This document shows, piece by piece, positions 25,199 to 35,686 of a stretch of DNA of 41,485 bases (within the stretch, counting starts at the first letter, position 1; the number at the start of each line of letters is the position of its first letter). The notes beneath the pieces were generated by a model. That model did no database searches and was not told where the DNA came from. It saw only the letters and a list, made by a program, of their open reading frames with translations. Source of the stretch: Nemertoderma westbladi (taxonomy: Eukaryota > Animalia > Xenacoelomorpha); NCBI GenBank assembly GCA_032718475.1, contig JAUCBJ010004025.1:1-41485 (forward strand). The letters are read 5' to 3'. Made by a program: the position numbers and the translations under genes.

Positions 25199-27575
25199 AA
25201 CTGGACGCAATAAAAATTTATCACTCTCCAGGGGAAATTCGACGCAAATAACAGATGATTACTCTCAAAAATTAAACTGTGAATTTAACACAACTTGAGA
25301 ATTTAAAATTGAAGCGGGATATTAATCCTCCCTCTTTTTATTGGCTGATAAATGTAATAGAAAAAAACAAATATTAGGCACGAGACGAGATCACAAAATA
25401 CGAATACAAACACAAACACAAAACAATTAAAAACTATACTTTGTTAATCAAGTATTTAGTATTTGATGTATATTAAAATGTTTTATTACTTGAAGGGGCG
25501 GTTGCTGGTTGCCTAGTAATAGGCCATTGCGGGCAGCCCTGCGCCGTCCTCCAGGCCCAGTCCGCTGCGCCAATTCACCCGGGATCCACGGAGGCAGTGG
25601 GAAGCCCCGCGGATAATGGCGAGTTGGACTCGGGTCCGGATCCAGCCCATTACCACACTGTAGGGTTTCCCCCATGCGCAATGCAGCCTTTCCACAAAGG
25701 TCCGGAGCAGTTTGTTGGCCTGTGGAGCCACGATCCCATCGCACGAGGGGACAAACGGGGAGAAGTTGCCACGACGATCAGAAACGGCGTCGGCATAGAT
25801 CCGCTTCTTAGCATCCTCAGCGGACTCGAGAACACTCATTAGGGCGCGGCTTGAGTAAGACCCGGCATCAAGGTTCATTACCTTTATATCAATCAACGCC
25901 TGGGTCTGACTCTTAAACGCGCCCCGAATCCCGATGTCGCACCGTAGCACCACCTTGTCCTCAATCCCCGCCTGTTCCCGGACGATGGGTTCCAACACCA
26001 CGTTGCGTGAGCCGAACGCCTGTGCCGCGATGTTCCCCACGAGGTCCCGCAGCTCATTATGCCTCTGTATTACGAGGCCGCCTTTCTTACAATTTAACCC
26101 ATGGTTAATGTCGAAGGCAGCCCGCATCCGTCACAGCGGCTTGGAACCGATGCTAAGGGACGGCCATACCGGATGGCCAGCGCGTCCCTGAACTCCTGGG
26201 GCGAAAGATCCAGCTGGTGTTCCGATATCGGGAGGGAGGAGATCCACCCACCCGAGCGGTAGTCCGCAGCTCGTTGGATAGTCCTTCGCCGGTCTTTAGG
26301 CATCTCCTTCCTTCTCCTTGCTCTTCCTTATACTGGTATTCCTCGCGGGCCAGCTGTTCTACCCGCCCAGCCTTCCTCGCATATTGGAGGCATTCTAGAT
26401 GTCCCGCCAGAGAGAATTCGTCGTCGCCCAGGATTGCCCGTGATAGGGCTCGCGTTCCACTTTGTGACACCCTGTAGGAAATGGCGGCCTCTGCGACGGG
26501 GTTGCGTAGGCCCATGCCGCCAGTGCGAGGGGACAGGGCAAACAAGCTACGTTCCTTCACTGACACATCTCCATTGTGACGCGCTGGAGATATGCCCATT
26601 CTCTTTGCAGAGAACAGGCCATCGCTGCGAATGCGGCCTGCGGCTGGGCCTCAGCCATCTCAGACAGTTTATCGACAGAAGCGACCCACGCTGCTACCTT
26701 CGCCCCTACAAACGTCTTCTGGTCGTCCGTCCCACCAATAAACCCCCCGAGGAAGCGGTGTCCCGTTACGATATTGATGGGGTGACCCGCGAAAACCCTG
26801 TTGGCCTCATCCAGAAAGGCTTCGTCAACTACAAGGAAGCATTTCGTAGGTTCTGGGTAGTAGCCGAGTGTGGGGCCATGATGCTGCAGCAGGAGGAACC
26901 AGTCAAGAACATATTTTAGCTTTCCTGCTGCCGCGGAGTCGTCGGCATACCAGTTCTGGCGAGTCTTGGTGCTTCTTAGACGACGATTAAGAGGGAGTGC
27001 ACCCGACGCATAGAACGGCATTGCTAATGGGTCACCCTGCATGGCCCCTTCCTCGCTGAACAGCACCTCCTCTGTTCCGCGGACTATGAGGATGCTGTGA
27101 CCCCGGTAACTGTTGAACAAGAACAGTGAACACCGGGGCCACAGTTGGCGGATGTTCCACAGAGCTGCCGTTCTGTTTAGTGCATTGAATGCATTTGATG
27201 CATCCACCAGGAGAACACCCCACCCATCATCGCGCCAATCCTCAAATATTGCCGCCATCGAGTGGATAGCCGCCTCAGCACCCGCAGAGGTGCCAGCCGA
27301 CAACTGCTCCGCTCCGCACGTGTTGGTGATGTCGTCCCCGGTCGCGTCTGCCATGGCACGGCCCATGATCCGTCGCAGGCACTCACCAATTCCTATTGGC
27401 CGAACACCAGGACATTTATCCAGGGCGATGAGCCGTCCTGACTGTAATGCGCAAATCGACTCCCACGGAACTACTGAGTTTGCAATGGAGCGGGTAATAC
27501 TGGGATAGCGGGATATTAATTCGCCAAGGCGGGTTTTGCGTCGAGTTTCCCCCCCCCCCCCCCCCCCCCTGTCTC
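25161..27575. mobile_element. hAT-type MITE split by a CRE insertion (MITE parts 25161-25326 and 27507-27575)
   Basis: 8-bp TSD AAATTAGT at 25153-25160 and 27576-27583; uninterrupted sibling at 39015-39256. Confidence 0.88.
25327..27506 (-). mobile_element. CRE-clade non-LTR retrotransposon (RT plus restriction-like endonuclease), 5'-truncated and frameshifted
   Basis: VDASNAFN, QGDPLAMPFY, WYADD, CDGC...H...CKKGG, RHNELRD, R-CD...IDIKV, K-x-x-x-Y motifs; 14-bp TSD AGCGGGATATTAAT at 25313-25326 and 27507-27520. Confidence 0.88.
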
Positions 27576-27710
27576 AAATTAGTAGTTCGAGTGTATAATT
27601 AATCATTGTGGCCGTGATGGTTCATGATTAATATACACTACCCTTTGATTGTAGCGAGTGGTTAAAGACGGTCGAGTACGATAGGGTTGAGCACAGTGGC
27701 AGTATATGAT

Positions 27711-27880
27711 GGTATTGACTGATGGGAGGCCATGAGGAGGTAAATTGCGGACATACAAGGTATCAGATAGTATTTCCAGGTTTATCTTTTACCTGAGCCG
27801 CTATAGTGGAATGGTTAGAGAGTCAGACTTCCAACCCGGAGGTCACCAGTTCGATCCCACCTGGACGTCATTGCCGCCTT
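27711..27880 (+). repeat. Right arm of the tRNA-like inverted repeat
   Basis: Inverted copy of 24902-25070. Confidence 0.85.
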
Positions 27881-27887
27881 TACTATC

Positions 27888-28484
27888 TGTGAGCGGATTC
27901 AATTCCGCTCCACTATCCCCATAAAGTTGGGAAGTGGCGTTTTCAGCAATATTGGGGATACGAGGTTAATCACCATTAACCTCGTATCACACCAATAATG
28001 GGGACAACATACAAGCCCCGAAGGCCACACACAAAGGGAGATCAGAGGTTAAACCTCCTGGAGAGGGAAAGTAACAGCAGCGGGGGGGGGGGGGGGGGGG
28101 GGAAGCACTCCCACAGAGGTGAGAGGCGAGAATGAACCTATTAGCCAATCAGGGACAAGGGAGAGCATCCGCTAGGTACTAAGGCCACAGTAGTGTATGG
28201 GTGAATATATATACATTGTTAGTGTTTAGATTGATTCAGTTATCTCAGTCATCTAGGGCAGATCGGTGACACTTTTGTACCGTCACCGTCCGTCACCTGT
28301 AACATCACCGTAACTACCGGTACATCATTCATTGCTGCATTGTAATATCTCAACTGTGCTATCACGTATATTATATTATCATTAGTCTATATCAACATCA
28401 GAATAACAACAACAAACTATTTTCCAATTACATCAGTGACGCGTAACACAAATTAACCGGTCGGGATCCTCTGATCCCGTCACA
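27888..28484. mobile_element. Probable solo LTR (597 bp)
   Basis: Termini TGTGA...TCACA; 5-bp TSD CTATC at 27883-27887 and 28485-28489; internal CCAAT and TATA-like tract. Confidence 0.72.
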
Positions 28485-28682
28485 CTATCTACCTGGAATA
28501 TTGCTCGTAATTCAGTGACCAACCACCCCCTTGGTCGTGAAACTACATATTAGTAAAATTCAATTGTCCGCTTCCGAAAAGGTGTCATTTTAATTAGTTA
28601 GAGTTGAGCAGTTATTGCAACTGTTATTAATGATTTAATATGGTGGTTCTGTTCAGAAATTAAGAAGCACGTCACCTGGGGT

Positions 28683-28748
28683 TGAACCAGCGCTATGCGC
28701 GCGTTTCAGCCTATCAGGCCTCATCAGTAGCACTAACCAGTTGAGCCA
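28683..28748 (-). ncRNA. Degenerate minimal type I hammerhead ribozyme
   Basis: AGTGCTA-CTGATGA-GGCC(TGATA)GGCT-GAAAC-GCGC-GCA-TAGCGCT; cleavage triplet is GCA instead of GUH. Confidence 0.7.
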
Positions 28749-28782
28749 CTTGCCCCTGACACTTGCTCTCCCATCTATTGCA

Positions 28783-28846
28783 CTGAACTGGGTAGCGCTA
28801 CTGAAGAGTCCCGATATGCCGAAATGTACGAATAGCGCTTGTTCAA
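28783..28846 (+). ncRNA. Degenerate minimal type I hammerhead ribozyme
   Basis: AGCGCTA-CTGAAGA-GTCCCGATATGCC-GAAAT-GTAC-GAA-TAGCGCT; stem I perfect, stem II and cleavage triplet mutated. Confidence 0.62.
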
Positions 28847-28944
28847 CCCCCGGTGACGGGTTTCCTCAATTTTTCCATTTCTGAACAAAACATATTACGC
28901 GATTTTAATGAGACTTTTTATACTGTAAGAAACAACTGCTGAGA

Positions 28945-29165
28945 TATTATTTATTTATACAGTATGTAAAAACAATAATTACAAATACACCAAAAAATGT
29001 ACCGGTATAAAGGTATTGTCCAACATAACATATTTACAGGATTAATAAAGGCAAGGAAGGGTCTTTCCCGTCCTTCCGGTTAATCCAAAACCTAAGTTTA
29101 ACATAACATATAGGATTACCCCTAAAGCTTTGCAGCTTATTTACAAGGAGGTCCTTTATGTTATT
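28945..29165 (-). mobile_element. 3' UTR fragment of the CR1/L2-like LINE with a 66-bp insertion
   Basis: Reverse complement matches ~15275-15405; insert 29034-29099 flanked by AACATAACATAT duplication. Confidence 0.85.
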
Positions 29166-29269
29166 TATGTTATGTTGCCGGCCAGATAATGATTAAACGA
29201 ATTACTTAATTATCTTTTTGACTATTTTAATTAACAACTAATCATATGTTTAATGGTTTATATTTGCAG

Positions 29270-29375
29270 CGATTTCTGCGTGTAAATTGTGGGCCATCGA
29301 TCGAACTGCTTTCCAGACGATAATGATGAAGACAACGATAATCAGACAAACAGAGTTTATGGATTTATTGCGAGG
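29270..29375 (+). CDS. PRKG1: PKG exon 4
   Basis: [36 protein letters not shown]; acceptor TTTGCAG, donor GG|GTAAGT. Confidence 0.95.
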
Positions 29376-29554
29376 GTAAGTAACTCTACCAGGTTGAAAG
29401 AGGCCAACACAGCAATGGTGTCTTCAAAATGCACTTCAAGGAGTCAACAAAATCAATAAGGCGGTTAAGAAACTGGCTTTTCAAAGCTCAAGATGCGAAT
29501 ATCCTAATGTCAGAAGCAAGACACGCAAATAATAATCCTCGGGCTTTTTGGTCT

Positions 29555-30938
29555 GTTAACCTCATCAACTCAACACATTATTAAGTTGTATGTTAACCTC
29601 ATCAACTCAACACATTATTACCCCATCAACTCAACACAGTTAAGTTGTATGTTAACCTCATCAACTCAACACATTTAAGTTGTATGTTAACCTCATCAAC
29701 TCAACACATTTAAGTTGTATGTTAAACTCATCAACTCAACACATTTAAGTTGTATGTTAAGCTCATCAACTCAACACATTTAAGTTGTATGTTAACCTCA
29801 TCAACTCAACACATTTAAGTTGTATGTTAACCTCATCAACTCAACACATTATTAAGTTGTATGTTAAACTCATCAACTCAACACATTTAAGTTGTATGTT
29901 AAGCTCATCAACTCAACACATTTAAGTTGTATGTTAAACTCATCAACCTAACACATTATTAAGTTGTATGTTAACCTCATCAACTCAACACATTATTAAG
30001 TTGTATGTTAACCTCATCAACTCAACACATTATTAAGTTGCATGTTAACCTCATCAACTCCAACACATTTAAGTTGTATGTTAACCTCATCAGCCCAACA
30101 CATTTAAGTTGCATGTTAACCTCATCAACTCAACACTTTTAAGTTGCATGTTAACCTCATCAACTCAACACATTTAAGTTGTATGTTAACCTCATCAACT
30201 CAACACATTTAAGTTGTATGTTAAATTCATCAACTCAACACATTATTAAGTTGTATGTTAACCTCATCAACTCAACACATTTAAGTTGTATATTAAATTC
30301 ATCAACTCAACACATTATTAAGTTGTATGTTAACCTCATCAACTCAACACATTATTAAGTTGTATGTTAACCTCATCAACTCAACACATTTAAGTTGTAT
30401 GTTAAATTCATCAACTCAACACATTATTAAGTTGCATGTTAACCTCATCAACTCAACACTTTTAAGTTGCATGTTAACCTCATCAACTCAACACATTTAA
30501 GTTGTATGTTAACCTCATCAACTCAACACATTTAAGTTGTATGTTAAATTCATCAACTCAACACATTTAAGTTGTATGTTAAATTCATCAGCCCAACACA
30601 TTATTAAGTTGTATGTTAAACTCATCAACTCAACACATTTAAGTTGTATGTTAACCTCATCAACTCAACACATTATTAAGTTGTATGTTAACCTCATCAA
30701 CTCAACACATTATTAAGTTGTATGTTAACCTCATCAACTCAACACATTTAAGTTGTATGTTAACATCATGAACTCAACACATTTAAGTTGTATGTTAAAT
30801 TCATCAACTCAACACATTATTAAGTTGTATGTTAACCTCATCAACTCAACACATTTAAGTTGTATGTTAACCTCATCAACACAAAACATTTATGTTGTAT
30901 GTTAAACTCATCAACCCAACACATTATTAAGTTGCATG
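29555..30938. repeat. 35/38-bp satellite (TTAAGTTGTATGTTAACCTCATCAACTCAACACAT[TAT]) x~38
   Basis: Visible repeat with two length variants. Confidence 0.97.
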
Positions 30939-31261
30939 TAGCTCCTTTCCATTAATTAATAATTAACATTTTTTTCGTGGAGACAAATATATTAATTTGC
31001 GTTTGTTTTAATAAACGCAAACGCCATTGCGGGAGGAAAGTGGACACTCAGAAAAAAGGTCTCAAAATGGCAAAGTGGATAATAATTAAAGGGGATAGTA
31101 TGTTGTTTTTAATAGAAACCCTGACACAGTAACCTGTTCCTTTCCACTAACATCAAATTGTCAATACACGAGATTTATTTCTGATTGGACCTATTTTATT
31201 TACTTATTAAACAGTTGTTTATATTTGTGGACGTTTTGTACCAAATGTATTATCCCTCTAG

Positions 31262-31361
31262 GGTCCCTTTATTCCGAGACGCCAATGACGATGTTTTATC
31301 TAAAGTCGCCGATATTATCGAAGAAATGTATTACGACGACGGCGAATACATCATTAGACAA
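31262..31361 (+). CDS. PRKG1: PKG exon 5 (start of CNB-B)
   Basis: VPLFRDANDDVLSKVADIIEEMYYDDGEYIIRQ; acceptor CTCTAG, donor CAA|GTAAGA. Confidence 0.95.
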
Positions 31362-31511
31362 GTAAGATTACATTAATAGAATCCCAAATATAGATGTAGC
31401 ACATTGTCTACAAATGACGCTGATTGCACGCCAACAAAATCTCTTAATGAATTCCCTTAAATTAAGTTATATTTGAAGGAATCAACTAACCATTATTTTT
31501 TGTCTATACAG

Positions 31512-31648
31512 GGCGCCAGTGGAGAAACTTTATACATAGTGAGCAAAGGAAGGGTTAATTTAACTAAACAGTCCGCCAATCAGAACGAACCACAATTCAT
31601 CAACCAACTGCAAAGGGGCGACTATTTTGGCGAGAAAGCTCTACACGG
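31512..31648 (+). CDS. PRKG1: PKG exon 6 (CNB-B)
   Basis: GASGETLYIVSKGRVNLTKQSANQNEPQFINQLQRGDYFGEKALHG; acceptor ATACAG, donor GG|GTGAGC. Confidence 0.95.
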
Positions 31649-31924
31649 GTGAGCTTGAATTTTTGTTCTACTGGAGTTTCTTAAGATAAATTATTGGCGG
31701 TGCGAGATTTCTTCCAATACTTTAAATCGTCTAAACATTTTTCTGATATGAATGAAAAATAGCTAGCAACTTTGTTGTATTTCAAGATTTACAACTTGAG
31801 GAAAGATTATATTATGTCTGTAATACTGTAATATTCCAATAACCACGCCGTCGCATTAACGATTATAAAACGTAATTACAAATAATTTGTTATTTTATCT
31901 CAAATGGATTTTTTTTACTAACAG

Positions 31925-31996
31925 GGAGGAAGTACGTCAATTCAATGTTGTTGCAGCCGATAAAGAGGGAGTTTGTTGCCTTATGCTAGACAGAGA
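31925..31996 (+). CDS. PRKG1: PKG exon 7 (CNB-B)
   Basis: EEVRQFNVVAADKEGVCCLMLDRE; acceptor CTAACAG, donor GA|GTGAGT. Confidence 0.92.
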
Positions 31997-32790
31997 GTGA
32001 GTATATATTATTGGTATATTTACCGATTATAGACAGAGAGTGGGTATATATTATTGGTATATTTACCTATTATAGACAGAGAGTGAGTATATATTATTTG
32101 TATATTTACCTATTATAGACAGAGAGTGAGTATATATTAATGGTATATTTACCTATTATAGACAGAGAGTGAGTATATATTAATGGTATATTTACCTATT
32201 ATAGACAGAGAGTGAGTATATATTATTGGTATATTTACCTATTATAGACAGAGAGTGAGTATATATTAATGGTATATTTACCTATTATAGACAGAGAGTG
32301 GGTATATATTATTGGTATATTTACCTATTATAGACAGAGAGTGAGTATATATTATTTGTATATTTACCTATTATAGACAGAGAGTGAGTATATATTAATG
32401 GTATATTTACCTATTATAGACAGAGAGTGAGTATATATTATTTGTATATTTACCTATTAGAGAGAGAGAGTGAGTATATATTAATGGTATATTTACCTAT
32501 TATAGACAGATAGTGAGTATATATTATTGGTATATTTACCTATTATAGACAGAGAGTGAGTATATATTATTTGTATATTTACCTATTAGAGAGAGAGAGT
32601 GAGTGTATATTAATGGTATATTTACCTATTATAGACAGAGAGTGAGTATATATTAATGGTATATTTACCTATTATAGACAGAGAGTGAGTATATATTAAT
32701 GGTATATTTACCTATTATAGACAGAGAGTGAGTATATATTATTTGTATATTTACCTATTATAGACAGAGAGTGAGTATATATTATTGGTA
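31987..32790 (+). repeat. 43-bp minisatellite x19 spanning the exon 7 / intron 7 junction
   Basis: Unit TAGACAGAGA|GTGAGTATATATTATTGGTATATTTACCTATTA. Confidence 0.97.
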
Positions 32791-33257
32791 ATATTTATCA
32801 TTCTAGTCACTGTTTATTGGTTAAGCGGTTTAAAGTAAGAGGTGCCGCTGGTAACCGCAAGTTAGCATAATTATACAATGGATTTGGAAAATAAATCCTA
32901 AATCAATTGCTCCTCGTTTTGAAGCTCCTCGTTTCGTGTGATATCATTAGGTTCAGTTCAGTGCGGTAGCTTACAGGGTTAAAGTCACATCAAAAAGGAT
33001 CAGAAAAATACCTTTACATTACTCTGTAGTATGTTGATTACGTGGGGCTGTTAAGAGAACGAAGTTCGAAACATTAGAATCTACACTCACATTGAATTCT
33101 ATGTAATTAATTAAACGTGAAGTGAAGCATGATGTATGCCAGTTGCACACATGTGGGTCTTCCGCCAAAGGAAGACACGGGGGGGGGGGGGGAGTAACAC
33201 GGGGGTAATGTACTGATAATAATATTAATGATATTAACTTCGTGTACCGTACATCAT

Positions 33258-33333
33258 TAGAGGCGTAGCGACGGGGGGTAAGGGAGGGGGGGGGGGGGGG
33301 GGGGGGGCGTTCGCAGGGCTCGCTATGCCTCTG
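33258..33333. mobile_element. 76-bp mini hAT-type MITE
   Basis: TIRs TAGAGGCGTAGCGA / TCGCTATGCCTCTG; 8-bp TSD TACATCAT at 33250-33257 and 33334-33341; poly-G core. Confidence 0.8.
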
Positions 33334-34194
33334 TACATCATAAGTAAGAAAGTAAAAAAAAGTATCCCATGACTGTCATCTCCTGTAATTAGGCCTATTT
33401 TGGAGCTTAGCTTTGGCTGTGTGGTCCAGCTGCTAACATGCATGCATGAGGTAACTGAAGGAACACCCTACTCTTTTATCATTTTCTTATTATAATTATT
33501 AGGCCTAACCTACTGCTCCCCTGCTACACTGTAGTAAAGCTATGCTATAAATATAAAGTCGGAATGGGTTGAGCCCCATAGCCATTAGTTATTGGCGGCG
33601 TAATACACATACTGTATGTAGAATATGCGATGCGTCGCCACTAGTCCGCATTTTCTCAGAGACTCATAAATATTTATTCATTATTTGTTAGCCGGTAAGC
33701 CGCGAGCTATATAGTTTTACACTAGTGGGGATGCAATGCTGATAATCAAAGGATTTATCATATCCCCCATCATATTCTGCACTTTGAATTAATTATGGAT
33801 ATTTCAAAGTATTGCTGGCTTACTTGGCCACATCCATAAGTTTATACATACAAATTTATGGAATACAAAATTTACATTTGATTAGTTTTTTTCATTTCGA
33901 GTTGCGGTACGTTTGGTGGGGATTGTAATGCATACTGAATAGTTCATATTGTACCTAATTCAAACCAATCAATTGCAGGAAACGTGTTCTGTACTGTCCT
34001 ACAGTAAAGATCGGATTTAATGTAATAATTTGCAAACTATACCACCATAAAAAAATACCCATAATAAAACAAAATGAAACGAAAAAAAAAGTTATTTTAT
34101 TTTAAAAAGGCTCTTTTCTCACTAATATTTTTTAAATTGAGTTAATTAACCTAACCTTTTTCACGAATTTTCAGAAAATTAGTTTAAAAAAGTC

Positions 34195-35345
34195 TTTCAA
34201 GGCCTTTGATTTAGTCTCTCGCTCACGTATGTTCAGCATACTTTCATTATATGGGATTCCTGATGAAATTATTGCAGCAATCAGATCAGTATACGATGGT
34301 TCGACAACATTTGTGTCTTCTGTTGATGGTGACACAGAACCATTTGAAGTGTTATGGGGCGTCCTCCAGGGAGACACACTTGCACCATTCTTGTTCATAA
34401 TTGTGGTTGACTATGTTCTAAGCATGTCCTAAGATCATCATAATGATGATGGGGTGATGATAACTCCACCTACTGGCTCCAGAAGTCGAGGAAATCCTGC
34501 TAAGTACCTAACTCTACTCTAAACTTTGATGATGACTTAGGAGTACTCTCAGAATCAGCAGAGGAAGCCCAACGGCTCCTCAGCTCCTTAGAACAGGCTG
34601 CTTCTAGTGTTGGTCTTTTTGTTAACGCCAAAATGATCAAAATTTTGACAGTTAACTATGAAAGTCCTCAGTAAATCTCTGATCGTATGAGCATAAGCTC
34701 AAAGGATGGTATGCTTGAGCATGTGGACGACTTCTGTTACCTGGGATCATGGATCCGGAAGTCAGGTGAGGACCTTCGAATACGTAAGGGAAATGCATGA
34801 CATAAGGGCAGCATTGAATGGGCTTTCCAGGATTTGTAAGTCACCGAGAATTAATCGGAAACTTAAGGTCCGATTTAGAGCAGCAGTAGTTCCAGTACTC
34901 CTCTATGGGAGTCCATGCTGGGCTCTAACTGCTGAGGACACCAAATATCTGGATGGCACATTCACAAGAATGCTACGTCGGGTTCACTGTGTCAAGTACA
35001 ATGCACACATCTACAACCAGACACTATATAACTTTCGAGGTATCTCATTGGTTCCCCCAAGCTTGACACTAGAACAAAGCCACATCCGCTTTGCAGGACA
35101 TTGTTTTCGCCATGAGGACCAGCCTGTGTACAATCTTGTGCTTTGGCAGCCCCATGGAGAAAATAAGCATGGTGGGCACTGGACAGCCCATGACTTGGAC
35201 ACTGACCTTGCAGATGTGGATAATCTTGCGAAAGTCATGGGGTTTATGGAGTTGTTGTAGAGGTGCAACTTTGTTGATAAGCCGGTATAGGATTCTTAAT
35301 GCACGCTGCATTGTGCCAATTGTGGATTGCATGGTGGTGACAAAG
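34195..35345 (+). mobile_element. Second RTE-clade LINE copy, 5'-truncated, with stops and frameshifts
   Basis: Nearly the same translation as 8130-9030 (MFSILSLYGIPDEII...QGDTLAPFLFIIVVDY), opposite orientation. Confidence 0.93.
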
Positions 35346-35424
35346 TGTATTTGTTAAGCTGGCATAGCATCTCAATGTGCAGTTTAATGCAGCAGACCAA
35401 TTATAGTATTTTAAACTATGATTA

Positions 35425-35686
35425 CTTTTGAGATCATGGTTCCGGAAGTCAGGTGAAGACCTTCGGAAACGTAAGGGGATGCCCATGGGCAGCATTGAAT
35501 AGTCTGTCCAGGAATTGGAAGTCCCATAGAATAATAAGCAAAGGATTGAAAAGCATCGTGGCCATCCCATCTAGCAAATATGACGGGTGTGATAGGGAGT
35601 TGTGGCGGCGCAATTTTGTCGACAAGCTGGCACTGCGTTCTTGATATATATATATATATCAATGCAGAATGCCGATGGTAGTAGTA
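35425..35686 (+). mobile_element. 262-bp internally deleted RTE derivative
   Basis: RT C-terminal segment joined to the 3' end and GTAGTAGTA tail; 14-bp TSD TTAAACTATGATTA at 35411-35424 and 35687-35700. Confidence 0.82.

Noticed and set aside
25597-27508. Plus-strand ORFs overlapping the CRE element
   Set aside because: Antisense shadows of GC-rich coding sequence.
27797-27870. Functional tRNA-Gly(TCC)
   Set aside because: Acceptor and anticodon stems do not pair; treated as a tRNA-derived repeat.
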